The notes under the pieces: model-generated
Told to the model about the DNA's origin: nothing
Seen by the model: only the letters and a program-made list of their open reading frames with translations
Databases searched by the model: none
DNA from: an uncultured Hormoscilla sp.
GTDB lineage: Bacteria > Cyanobacteriota > Cyanobacteriia > Cyanobacteriales > Desertifilaceae
Direction of reading: 5' to 3'
DNA length: 64,000 nucleotides
Assembly (NCBI GenBank): GCA_963921275.4
Contig: OZ001293.3
Location: forward strand, 4,672,001 to 4,736,000
Program-made: the position numbers and the translations under genes
Part shown: positions 22,443 to 32,676 of the stretch, piece by piece
How positions within the stretch are numbered: the stretch's first letter is position 1
How the letters are laid out: every line of letters starts with the position of its first letter

Positions 22443-23477
22443 CTATAGACAGTCTACGAATTGTTCGAGCGCTTCTCTGTATCTATCCAGTGGCTTTGGA
22501 TTCAATTGCACGCGCTCATCTGCAATCTTCTTAGGACCCGGTTTAATCTCGTGCAAGGGGGTACCAGTGTGACTAGCAAACACGCAAGCACTGTGATAAT
22601 CTGGGATTTCAATGAAGCTGTTACTCGGCGATTCCTTGGGATTCGCAAAAATATGACGATGATGCTTGTGTCTATTATCCATCGTCTCCTTAATCGTTTT
22701 GTTTACGGCTTCAAATGCCTTGCTCGGTTTACCATCATACAATGTCATCCTGTTGTTCACAAAACTATGTAATTTGGGTATAGATAAACCCTCTTCCTTC
22801 GCACGTTTAGCAAAGCTAATTTTTGCGTATACCTCAGTTTGTGAATCCGTTATGCCATAGAGAAGTGCAAAAACATTCTCAAGAGCGCGACGGGAACTTT
22901 CATCGGCGGTAAATGGCACAATTACGCCTGATGCTGCAACAAGAGCAAGCTGTGTATAGATAGCGAAACTAGGGTTACAGTCGATCAGAAAGAGGGTATT
23001 TCGATCGCCACTATGTTGACGGAGAGCAACTGTGAGGTCTTGTACCCAAGTTAGTACCTGTTTCCATGAGTCAATTGGTATAGACAGTTGGGAGGTTTGG
23101 CGAATCGCTTCCGAAATTATTTCGAGTAAATTGTCTCCACATATGAGCCTCAGATTCTCTGGTATATTCGTATTGTATTCTTTGGGTTTGCACAGATAAG
23201 GTGAAACCTCATTAATCATCCGAAAAGGTGAATTTAGACGCGCTTCCAGATAGCCTGCCACCGTCGCCCGAGGAGTCTTAGTGAGCAGAGAATTGAGTGC
23301 CTTTGGACTCTTGGGGTATCCTCCAAGTAGCGTTTCCGATACATTCGCTTGCGGACACAGGTCAATTACATAGACATCTGTATCCGGATGACGGTGAGCA
23401 TATTCGGAAGCTGCGACAAAGCAAAGAAAACTCTTTCCGACCCCACCTTTGTTATTCCAGAAAGTATATGAACTCAT
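22443..23477 (-). CDS. ParA/Soj-like ATPase (long WNNKGG type)
   Basis: Deviant Walker A KGGVGKS, IDLCPQAN, LIDCNPS. Confidence 0.85.
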   Translation of the reverse strand: MSSYTFWNNKGGVGKSFLCFVAASEYAHRHPDTDVYVIDLCPQANVSETLLGGYPKSPKALNSLLTKTPRATVAGYLEARLNSPFRMINEVSPYLCKPKEYNTNIPENLRLICGDNLLEIISEAIRQTSQLSIPIDSWKQVLTWVQDLTVALRQHSGDRNTLFLIDCNPSFAIYTQLALVAASGVIVPFTADESSRRALENVFALLYGITDSQTEVYAKISFAKRAKEEGLSIPKLHSFVNNRMTLYDGKPSKAFEAVNKTIKETMDNRHKHHRHIFANPKESPSNSFIEIPDYHSACVFASHTGTPLHEIKPGPKKIADERVQLNPKPLDRYREALEQFVDCL

Positions 23478-23684
23478 TTGCTGCGTTTTTTGTCAGTTGT
23501 TAGTTGTTAGTTGCGATTGACTTGTCCCGCCTGTCAGTCTGTTTTCAGTAGCATAATGTCCTAAATACAAACATATAAAGCGTTAAAGCGTTGTGATCTT
23601 ATACATCTTATTAAGTTAAAAGTAAAAAATGAATTTTATTTACTTTTAACTTTTAACTTGTGCAAGGAGATCGCCCTGGTGCTA

Positions 23685-24614
23685 TTATCTTTTATAAGCG
23701 AGGGCAAAGCGTTCAATGCCTGCTAGATCGGGAAATATCTGAATTTTATCGTAACTCCCCTGATTTTCCAGCATTTCCCTCACCGCTGGTGCCTGGGAGG
23801 CCATCATCTCCACCAACCAGACTCCTCCAGGACAAAGATAATCTGGCGCGATCGCCACCAATTCCCTGATACAATCTAACCCATCTTCACCCCCATCCAG
23901 GGCCAGGTGAGGTTCGTGTAACCTCACTTCTGGTTGCAGTTGTGGTATCATCTTCCTGGGAATATAGGGGGGATTTGCCACCATCCCACTTAACTGACCT
24001 TTTAATTCCTCTAGAGGCTCAAACCAATTACCTCGATAAAACCTAATTCGAGTTCTTAAACCTTGTTGCATAGCATTCTTTTCGGCAATTGTCAAGGCAT
24101 TGGGGCTACAATCTACAGCATGAATTGTCGCATCCGGGAAAGCTTCAGCTAAGCCAAGGGCGATCGCCCCACTACCAGTACCCAAATCCGCCCAATCTCC
24201 CAATCGGAGAGCGCTTTTGGACATCGTTCCGGAAAAATCGGAGGAGGCGATCGCCAAATCTATCAAGCACTCCGTATCCGGTCGTGGAATCAGCACATCT
24301 GGGGAAACAGCCAGGGAAAAATGACGCCAAGGGGCCACACCCGTTAAGTACTGGACTGGCATTCTGGCATCGATCCGTTGTCGCCACAGCCTCTTGAGTT
24401 CCACAAAATCAGTACCTAGCTGAAATTCAGCTAGGTCCTTAAATGACTCCAGGCGGAGACTCAATTTGTCCAGACCGGCGAACTCTTGTAATAACCAGTC
24501 CAGTTCTGCTGGGGCCACGCCTGCCGCGATCGCCTCCCCAGTCGCCTCTCGTCGCCACGAAGCCAGTTGGGCACCGTCAATATGGCGATCGCACTGACCA
24601 TCACCAGTCCCCAT
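23685..24614 (-). CDS. prmC: Release factor glutamine methyltransferase
   Basis: PVQYLTG, VLIPRPDTE, DLGTGSG, NPPY, ALDGGEDGL. Confidence 0.93.
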   Translation of the reverse strand: MGTGDGQCDRHIDGAQLASWRREATGEAIAAGVAPAELDWLLQEFAGLDKLSLRLESFKDLAEFQLGTDFVELKRLWRQRIDARMPVQYLTGVAPWRHFSLAVSPDVLIPRPDTECLIDLAIASSDFSGTMSKSALRLGDWADLGTGSGAIALGLAEAFPDATIHAVDCSPNALTIAEKNAMQQGLRTRIRFYRGNWFEPLEELKGQLSGMVANPPYIPRKMIPQLQPEVRLHEPHLALDGGEDGLDCIRELVAIAPDYLCPGGVWLVEMMASQAPAVREMLENQGSYDKIQIFPDLAGIERFALAYKR

Positions 24615-25370
24615 TCACTCATTCCCATTCTGACTGCTTTGGAGCGATCGCAAATACTCCACAGACTCCCTAGAGGGTACCAGCACAACCTGGTTCAGTT
24701 GCGGATCGTCCTTTGTTTTCAAAGTCCGAATCACCTGTAGCAGATTCACCACATCAATCTCAATATTTGGAATTTGGTTAGAGTTTGTTTCCTTTAGCTT
24801 ATCCAACATTCCTTGCAAATCTTCTTTATTAAAGAAGAAAGGAACCACCTGGTTTTCACCTCTCTGTACCGTCAAGAACCCCCCATCTTCTCCTCCCCGT
24901 GCAAAGAACAGAGGCACTCCTGGAAATCTCTCCACCTCTTGACCCTCCTGGCGCAACAGGGATAGGGCCGCCTCCACCTGTTCCTTCATCGGTACCAACT
25001 CGAATACTATTCTATCTTCGTTGTTCTGTTGGGATCTCTGGTATATTTCCGCTAGAGATAATGGCACTACTTGCACCGCATTTCCCACTTCCGGATTTTG
25101 GCTTTTCAGCCTCTGTACATATGCTTCTGCGGCCTGCTTGCTGATAAATACCCCTACTATTGAAGCCTGATTTTCCTCATCCGCCACCTCCACCACCAGT
25201 GGCGCACCTTCGGCATTCGTAATCGTAAATACTGGCACTCGCCGCAGTTTTTGCACCACATCCTGCTCTGGCAAAGCCCGAGCCTGCATACTTGTGAGCG
25301 CCACAGTCCCCAACAATGTCGTACACATCAGAGACAATGTCACGCCCCACCGGGCTAATAAATTTTTCAT
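24615..25370 (-). CDS. Tic22-family periplasmic protein
   Basis: Signal peptide, KLRRVPVFTITNAEGAPL, FPGVPLF, PFFFNKEDL. Confidence 0.85.
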   Translation of the reverse strand: MKNLLARWGVTLSLMCTTLLGTVALTSMQARALPEQDVVQKLRRVPVFTITNAEGAPLVVEVADEENQASIVGVFISKQAAEAYVQRLKSQNPEVGNAVQVVPLSLAEIYQRSQQNNEDRIVFELVPMKEQVEAALSLLRQEGQEVERFPGVPLFFARGGEDGGFLTVQRGENQVVPFFFNKEDLQGMLDKLKETNSNQIPNIEIDVVNLLQVIRTLKTKDDPQLNQVVLVPSRESVEYLRSLQSSQNGNE

Positions 25371-25525
25371 CGCTGCTCCTGACTTCTAGGTCATATTTTG
25401 TTTTCTGCTAAATATCCTTACCGCTGGCTGTGGCTGCTTTCTCCCCAGTCTTGGCTGCTTTCTCCCCAGTCTGGCCCTACCCAGGCACCACTCCTTCTTC
25501 CTGCCTACCGGTGGTAGATTTTTAA

Positions 25526-25599
25526 TCGGGATGACAGGATTTGAACCTGCGACATCCTGCTCCCAAAGCAGGCGCGCTACCAAGCTGCGCTACATCCCG
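25526..25599 (-). tRNA. tRNA-Pro(UGG)
   Basis: CGGGATG acceptor stem, CCTGC-TTTGGGA-GCAGG anticodon arm, GGTTCAAATCC T-loop. Confidence 0.97.
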
Positions 25600-25900
25600 T
25601 TTTTCATCTACCTCTTATTATATCCCTTTGCCCCAATTGTGGCAAACTTTTTTTCATCTTTTATCTGCTACCTAGCAAGCGTGAAAAAGGGCACCCTAGT
25701 TCTATGTTAGCCTGATTTGACCCTTACTGACAACCAAGAGCCGAAATTTTTCCGCCGTCGGGCTAGAGACAATTCCCTCTCCCACCCACCCACTTCCACC
25801 CACTGGACCACAAGAGCGAGTGATCGCAGAGGTCAGCTCCGGTGCCCGCCGATCACTCTTGGGATCGCCCGTGCGTTATAACCGTCGGTCCAGTTCTGGG

Positions 25901-26431
25901 TCAGTTCGGGTACCAGAACATCCCTTTTATCCCCTCTGGGTCTGGGATAAAGCCCAGATTCCGGTAGAAATCGACCACATGAGGATCTGCAAACAGGGTA
26001 ATGTTGCTAATATCCTCGCTACGCAATTTTTTAACTATCTGCTTCATCAGAGCCTTGCCCAGACCCTTTCTTTGGAAAGCTGGGTGAACCGCTACATCCC
26101 AGAGGGTAGCATTAAAGGCATGGTCTGACGTTGCTCGGGCGAAGCCTATCAGCCGGCGACGTTTCCCGCGTACCTCCCACATGGAAATCACGAGAAAACT
26201 GTGCTGAATGGCTTTTTTGACTTTACGCACGGGACGCCGAGACCAACCCACAGCATCGCAGAGTTCTTCCAGTTCGTACAGGTCTAGTTCCCGGTCGGTA
26301 CTGAAGAAAATGCGTGCGCTACTGCTAGTGTTCCCGCCCGCATCTAAGGCAGCAATATACTCCTGTGTGCGTGTTTTTCTAGGAGCGACGGTCGCATCTG
26401 AGCTGCTAAACAAGCTTTTCCAAAAACCCAT
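25901..26431 (-). CDS. GNAT N-acetyltransferase (Ycf52-like)
   Basis: [40 protein letters not shown]. Confidence 0.88.
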   Translation of the reverse strand: MGFWKSLFSSSDATVAPRKTRTQEYIAALDAGGNTSSSARIFFSTDRELDLYELEELCDAVGWSRRPVRKVKKAIQHSFLVISMWEVRGKRRRLIGFARATSDHAFNATLWDVAVHPAFQRKGLGKALMKQIVKKLRSEDISNITLFADPHVVDFYRNLGFIPDPEGIKGMFWYPN

Positions 26432-26481
26432 GCAGGCGTGATTAAGGTGTAAGAGTTAAATAGACATTACTAGCTAGTATA

Positions 26482-27493
26482 ACCTAAGTTGCGACCTATT
26501 AAAAAAAATATGAATTACCCACTTAGACTTTACAGATATTTGGAATATTTCGTAGCTTTTGATACAAAATTATATTTTTTTTGTGCTAGACGGCGGGTTG
26601 GCTGTTTATAGGTTATAATGTACTAAAATAATAGTTAATTGCTGGGAGATGTAGATGATGGAAGATATGATTACAACAATTTTTGTTCTTTGTGACGAGC
26701 TACTAAAATCGTTAAATATAAAAGAAGATCCACAAGTAAAAATGAACAATGCCGAAGTGATGACAGTCGGATTAGTTGCTGCATATTTTTTCGGAGGACA
26801 CCACGATCGCTCTTGTCAATTTATGGTCCAACACAAGTATATAAAAAATCTGTTAAGTAAAAGTAGGTTCAATCGTCGATTACACAATATTGAGGAACCA
26901 ATTTGGATGTTTTTCTTCCAAGTTATAGCTCAAACATTTAAAGAGCTCAATCCGGGTCAAGAATATATTCTTGATAGTTTCCCGGTGCCAGTATGTGATA
27001 ATATTAGGATTGATAGATGCCAAATTTATAACAAGGAAGAATATCGAGGGTATATTGCCAGTAAAAAACGTTATTTTTATGGATTAAGAGTTCATATGTT
27101 GGTAAACAAAAATGGAAAGCCAATAGAATTTTATCTAGATCCTGGTAGTTATAATGATTTTAAAGTTTTGCAATCTTTTGGCTTTGACTTACCATCAAAT
27201 TCAATAGTTTATGGAGATAAAGCTTATAATGATTATCAATTAGAGGATTTACTAAAAGAGTCGTCAAGTATAATGTTAAAACCTTTGCGAAAAAAGAACT
27301 CAAAAAGAAAAGAATATTCTTGTTTTGAATATATACAAAAAGTAACAAGAAAACAAGTTGAAACCTGTTTTAGTCGAATCACCAATTTGTTTCCCAAGTC
27401 AATTCATGCTGTTACATCTAAGGGATTAGAGTTGAAAATAATTCTCTTTATCATAGCTTTTTGTATCCAATTTTTATAGGTCGCAACTTGAGT
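26482..27493 (+). mobile_element. IS982-family insertion sequence, copy 1 (1012 bp)
   Basis: TIRs ACCTAAGTTGCGACCTAT / ATAGGTCGCAACTTGAGT; TSD TAGTATA; intact 274-aa transposase. Confidence 0.92.
26655..27479 (+). CDS. IS982-family DDE transposase
   Basis: SRFNRR, ILDSFPVPVC, YFYGLRVH, GDKAY, RKQVET. Confidence 0.9.
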   Translation: MMEDMITTIFVLCDELLKSLNIKEDPQVKMNNAEVMTVGLVAAYFFGGHHDRSCQFMVQHKYIKNLLSKSRFNRRLHNIEEPIWMFFFQVIAQTFKELNPGQEYILDSFPVPVCDNIRIDRCQIYNKEEYRGYIASKKRYFYGLRVHMLVNKNGKPIEFYLDPGSYNDFKVLQSFGFDLPSNSIVYGDKAYNDYQLEDLLKESSSIMLKPLRKKNSKRKEYSCFEYIQKVTRKQVETCFSRITNLFPKSIHAVTSKGLELKIILFIIAFCIQFL

Positions 27494-27563
27494 TAGTATA
27501 TACTTTGAGCAGTCACCACCCAGCTCTGGGCAAGAGGCTAATGGCTAATAGCGTTTGCTATGG

Positions 27564-28432
27564 ATGGGGTCGAGCCGGGAATCGCTTCCCGACCCTCCCT
27601 TGAGGAACCGGACTTGCGATTTTCACCGCATCCGGCTACTGGGTACTAGGCCCTTTTCATAGGTAGACTTAATAGGAATTACTTCCGTTAGCCCTTGCCG
27701 CCTGTCTTTTCTTCCCTTTCCTGGTTTAGCGAGTGGTTGTTCTGATAACCGTTAGTATCACCATTTTCAAGTCAGTTTTACCAGTTATCCATACCTTATC
27801 CTCCACTTGCGTTTCGGATTAGTTCCGTGGCTTTTTAGGATTACTCATTCCAGCAGCTTCCTAGTATCACCGACCCACGTCAGCGCTGGCTACCCAGCAT
27901 CATCTACATTACTGTAGATGTTATCCCAGGAATTACCCCGGGCATTCGCTTCTTGGGCCATCCCTCCCCCCGTGGCTTGCGCTTAACATCTAACTTGTCC
28001 TGATGGACAGCACACGAGAGGTTACTTCGTTCCCTAACAACATTTCGCGATACCTTTAGGTCCACACTATACCCCGGGAGCTATTTGAGTACTATATTAG
28101 CCAGAGTCTAAAACTAATACTAGCTACCATTTCCTTTTTAGGCCAGCGCATATAGCCTTATTTCGCTGGTTCCTTATAACGAGGCTTGCACATGTTTGCC
28201 TGCTCTAACCTTGGATATCTTTCCTAGCGGCGTCACCGGCTTAGGCTGCCAGTTATCCTACATTTGAGTCCTCGCTTAGCACCACGATGATGTCGCTTCG
28301 TAGCACCGAGGACCGGTGTCACCCCCGTACCTGGGGGGAGGGGAATTTAACCCCCATGCGGTCAGAGTTCCCGGCTAATGAAACCGGGCTAGCGTTCCGT
28401 GTTTGACCACGTTAGGCTAGAACGAATCGCAC
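27564..28432 (-). mobile_element. ORF-less group II intron (869 nt), copy B
   Basis: Reverse complement of 14124-14992, same length, no differences seen by eye; different flanks. Confidence 0.93.
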
Positions 28433-28501
28433 AGCCTCTATAGGTTTGTGCTTTCTGAGCGTTCCGAGTAGATCTCCCCCTGTATCTATCCTTCCCATAT
28501 T

Positions 28502-29227
28502 ATGCCCCAGGGATTAAAATCCTCGACACTGGAACTGCTGAAGCGCTTTAACCGGGCGTTTCCCCAGTTTTATGAGCAATTTGTCAGCAGCGAGATCCAA
28601 TTGCAAAACCTGAGGCTAGCCTACCAGTTGTACAAAACCCAGCAAGCGGTGATTGAATTGAGGCCCGAAGCTTCTAAAAGTGCCCTGCATTTTGCCTATC
28701 GTAATCAGTCTTTTTTGCTGAGCGATATTTTTGGCGTCCTAGCTGCCTACGGACTGACGATCCACAGTTTGAGTCTGTATGGTCAAATTTATCCGCCAAT
28801 GTTGGTGTTTATTAAACCGGTGGTCTCCCGTGGAGGCAAGGCGCTGACGGATAAGACTTCGGAAAACGTCTGTCGAGCCATCAGGGAAGCGCTGGCGGGC
28901 CACTTTGAGGTTGAAGAAATGCTGGCAGTGGAATTCAATCTGGATGCCGGTCTGGAACAGGTGGAAACGGAATTTTATGTGGATCCGGTCTTCCATCTAC
29001 CGGCGTTGCTGATTGAAGCAGATAACCAGCCTGGTTTGTTCTATAAGGTGATGTATGCCATCTGGCAGGAGGATCTGCTAGTGGTGAATGCCAATTTGCT
29101 AGTCTGGCGAGGGCGCACTCGCCTGATTCTCTACCTCTTAGGGCCTAACGAGAGTTTAATTCCCGAATATTTGGGACAAAAGATTGCCGAGGGGGTACGG
29201 CAGAGGTTGCTGGGCCAGTTGATATAG
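28502..29227 (+). CDS. Conserved cyanobacterial hypothetical protein, possibly ACT-like domains
   Basis: Long ORF; NQSFLLSDIFGVL and DNQPGLFYKV resemble ACT motifs. Confidence 0.65.
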   Translation: MPQGLKSSTLELLKRFNRAFPQFYEQFVSSEIQLQNLRLAYQLYKTQQAVIELRPEASKSALHFAYRNQSFLLSDIFGVLAAYGLTIHSLSLYGQIYPPMLVFIKPVVSRGGKALTDKTSENVCRAIREALAGHFEVEEMLAVEFNLDAGLEQVETEFYVDPVFHLPALLIEADNQPGLFYKVMYAIWQEDLLVVNANLLVWRGRTRLILYLLGPNESLIPEYLGQKIAEGVRQRLLGQLI

Positions 29228-29432
29228 GTTGTCAGTGGTGAGTGGTTAGTGTCAGTGGTTAATTGCTCCGTTCGGGCCGATCGCCTGTCAGTGAGTGGGT
29301 GGAGCTGTTTGCACAACTATAGTAATCCAATTGAGTGAAAGAATGGATGTGGGGTATGACCCTCTTTCTAGGAGTGTGAAATCCCTCTGATGGATAAGCA
29401 ATAGAGAGCACTTGCTCAGATAAGATAGAAAT

Positions 29433-30334
29433 ATGGCAACTATCGATATTCTGGGCGTCCCGCACGCCTACGATTTAAAGGCATCTACGTCTGTCCAGAC
29501 GCTAGTATTCATCCACGGCTGGCTGTTGAGCCGAGGATATTGGCAACCTCTGATCGAGAGGTTAGCTCCAGATTACCAATGTCTTTGCTACGATCTGCGC
29601 GGGTTTGGCGATTCCCAGCCAACTAAGAAAGGGAGTCTCAATGGTAAAAGGAAGCCCCGGTCTGGGAAGTTAGATGATGCTGCTGGTGCTGAACTGGCGG
29701 GGTCTTGCTATACACTGGCTGCATACGCGGCTGATTTGGCGGTCTTGCTGAAACAGCTAGGGATAAGTAGTGCTTGGCTGATTGGTCATTCTCTGGGTGG
29801 TAGCATTGCTCTCTGGGGGGCGTCGATATATCCTGAGTGCGTTCGGGGGGTTGTCTGTGTTAACTCTGGTGGCGGGATTTATCTGAAGGAAGAATTTGAG
29901 CGATTTAGAACTGCTGGAGAGCAAATGGTTAAATGGCGACCGAGGTGGATCTGTCAGTTGCCTTTGATTGATTTGCCGTTTACCCGGGCTCAAGTGGCCC
30001 GCCCGAGCGCGCGCTCTTGGGGGCGTCAGCGGTTAATTGATTTTGCGGTGGCTCACCCAGAGGCGGCCCTGGGAACTTTGCTAGATTCGACGAAGATGAG
30101 GTGCATCGCTTACCGGAACTGGTGTCGCGGTTGCAGCAGCCTGTTTATTTTATTGCTGGTGCGGAAGACCCGGTGATGAATACAAAGTATGTGCGGCATT
30201 TGGCTAGTTTTCATAACATGTTTCACCAGGATTCCGAGATGGTGATGGAAATTCCTGATTGCGGACATCTATCGATGTTGGAACATCCCAATCGGGTGGA
30301 GAGTGAAATTCGCAGGATTTTGGCTAATTATTAG
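29433..30334 (+). pseudogene. Alpha/beta hydrolase, frameshifted near 30092
   Basis: HGWLLS and GHSLGG in one frame; VHRLP...GAED...CGHLSMLE C-terminus in another. Confidence 0.8.
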
Positions 30335-30368
30335 ATAGTGGTGAGTGAAGAGTGGTTAGCGGAAATGT

Positions 30369-31415
30369 TCATGGTATTTTCATATCAATTCGGGAGGCGA
30401 TCGCCCTTGCCAAAGAAGCAAAATCGCTATAGACCTTTTTGACAGCTGAACTATGAGCACCAATAGCCCCATCAGCAGGCTTCAAGTAAAAAATAGGCTT
30501 GCGAGCTTCTTGAGCCATTGGCATCAAACTCTGGTAATTTTTCAGCAAAGCTAAACAATGAGGATCGACAGCTACAGAGATCTTATTATCCCCGGGTTTA
30601 TTCAACACAGCATCTCTGTAAACACCTGGAATCTTGGCAATCCAACGGTTGTACGCCTTGACTGGACGATCGAATCGCGCTGAGTGCTGTAAAACAACAT
30701 AACCGATTGGTTGCATATCTCCTTTCGGCAATTCCAGATCGTCAGCAGGGTTTTGGGTGAGTCGATCTCGCCAGTTTTTTCGCCAGCGTCTTAAGGTAGG
30801 ACCGAGGTTGCGTAAACCTTGCAAAGAGAACAAGTCTGGTGAAAGTGGCACGACAACATCATCTGCTGCAATCAATGCAGCACGATTAATTGCTCCTAAA
30901 TTAGGTCCTAAGTCCATCAAGATGACATCAGCTTTGTGGCGGTCGGCTGTATTTTGCATTATTCTCCAAAAAGCAGAGATGACCCGAAAGGCACGTTCGT
31001 CGCCATCCATGCATTTAGGCCACACTTCTGAAAGTTGATCTTCAAAACCTGAAAGTGATAAATCTCCAACTAAAAGTGCCAGTGATAAATCTTCAACTAA
31101 AAGTGCCAGTTCTACCGGAAATAATGGTAGATAATCTCCAACATATTCTAAGTGGGGGTCGGCGATATCACCAGTAGCTCTGATCAAGGGTTGCACGCAA
31201 CCAAAGATGGTGTTTGGATGATGATTGCCATCAGGCCAGAGTTTTTCCAAGCGATCTTCATTAAGAAAAGCTGCTGTCAGGTTAGCTTGGGGGTCGAGAT
31301 CGGCAGCAACAACCCTCAGTCCTAAATCTTTATACATCCATGCCAAGTGATAAACTAAGGAGGTTTTGCCTACGCCTCCCTTATTATTGAAGAAAGCAAC
31401 GATCGTGGTATTCAT
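30369..31415 (-). CDS. ParA/Soj-like ATPase (FNNKGG type)
   Basis: FNNKGGVGKT, DLDPQANLT, DLGPNLGAINRAAL. Confidence 0.85.
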   Translation of the reverse strand: MNTTIVAFFNNKGGVGKTSLVYHLAWMYKDLGLRVVAADLDPQANLTAAFLNEDRLEKLWPDGNHHPNTIFGCVQPLIRATGDIADPHLEYVGDYLPLFPVELALLVEDLSLALLVGDLSLSGFEDQLSEVWPKCMDGDERAFRVISAFWRIMQNTADRHKADVILMDLGPNLGAINRAALIAADDVVVPLSPDLFSLQGLRNLGPTLRRWRKNWRDRLTQNPADDLELPKGDMQPIGYVVLQHSARFDRPVKAYNRWIAKIPGVYRDAVLNKPGDNKISVAVDPHCLALLKNYQSLMPMAQEARKPIFYLKPADGAIGAHSSAVKKVYSDFASLARAIASRIDMKIP

Positions 31416-32605
31416 AGTTTTTTCTTGATGGTGACTAGGACGTGAGCGTCTTCCACGGTAAATTCTGGGGGCGGGTTGCCGTTTTTCTGCAATTCCCTCC
31501 GGGCCAGCTGGATGCCTACGCCAAATCGCTGCACGTAACCCAAGTTTTTCATCGCTTCAGCGATATTAGAATTTCGATAGTCTGCGATCCCCGGTTGACC
31601 AAAGTTTTGCCGATTTACCTGACCGAAAGGACCGCCGGGATTTTGAATTTCAATGCGGTCATTAAACCACGTAATTCGCACCGGTGCATTTGTACTTTCA
31701 TAAGTACGATGCATGACTGCATTTCTCGCTAGTTGTTGCAGGGCAACGATCGGGTAATCAGGCTGTCGAATTTCAACAGGTTGAGCCGTTATGTCTGAAG
31801 CAACAGAAATATGAGCTTGAAATGTTTCGTCTAACATTCGCAGTAAGTCGGACAGAGGACCGCTGATTTCTTTTTGAGCTTTAATTGGATCGGTTAATTC
31901 CGTTCCGTCAATGCGCAGAAATTGAATATAGGCACCGGGAAGTAATTGTTTGGGGTTATTTCCCACTACCAATATACCCAGTATAGTCGGTTGTTGCGGC
32001 TGTGTTACTGTTGCAAACCTTAGAGAAGTAAGTTGTTCTTCTACCGATCGCTCATTTTCGGCAATAATTTCCCTTGGTAAAGATGCTGGCAGATAAGTTC
32101 TTCTAAAAAGTTCTAAATCTAGGTCTTCTATTGTAGCATATGATAAGGGTCGCAGATCGAAGGGTAAATCCTTAGACCGTCTTTTTTCTGCCAGACGACG
32201 CTCTTCTTCTATTGTAGCAGTTGCTCTGCGCGGACCTACGCGCACCCAAACTCGTCCGTTAAAGCGCACCGGAGGCGCGTCAGATGGTTGGACGATCGCC
32301 ACTGCTAGTTCGCAACCGCCTAGATTACGTTTCTGGACTGTCATGGAGGGAAAAGGTAAGATATTCCCATCCGATCGCATATCTGAGAGGATGAGTAAAA
32401 GCTGATCGGTAATTGTCTGGTTAGCACAACTGCCGTCGTCATTAACTCCAATAAACAGGACTCCTGGTTGTTGGTGATTTGGCAAGTCGTTAGCAAAAGC
32501 ACAGATCGCCTGACGGATTTTACTTTGGTCAGATATCGAACCTTTACGTTCCACCCGATCTGATTCTAGATCCTTCAGGAGGTTTTCTAACTCCTGGTCT
32601 TCCAT
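31412..32605 (-). CDS. AlbA_2 (Schlafen-like) domain + HATPase_c_4 protein
   Basis: ESDRVERK, ICAFAND, GVLFIGVNDDG; NAVMHRTY, IEIQNPGG, YRNSNIAEAM, GVGI. Confidence 0.8.
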   Translation of the reverse strand: MEDQELENLLKDLESDRVERKGSISDQSKIRQAICAFANDLPNHQQPGVLFIGVNDDGSCANQTITDQLLLILSDMRSDGNILPFPSMTVQKRNLGGCELAVAIVQPSDAPPVRFNGRVWVRVGPRRATATIEEERRLAEKRRSKDLPFDLRPLSYATIEDLDLELFRRTYLPASLPREIIAENERSVEEQLTSLRFATVTQPQQPTILGILVVGNNPKQLLPGAYIQFLRIDGTELTDPIKAQKEISGPLSDLLRMLDETFQAHISVASDITAQPVEIRQPDYPIVALQQLARNAVMHRTYESTNAPVRITWFNDRIEIQNPGGPFGQVNRQNFGQPGIADYRNSNIAEAMKNLGYVQRFGVGIQLARRELQKNGNPPPEFTVEDAHVLVTIKKKL

Positions 32606-32676
32606 CTGTCCTCCTCCTATCTACTGCATACCCATATTACCGGTTGTGGCAATGGGGATGGAACGCGATCGCATCC

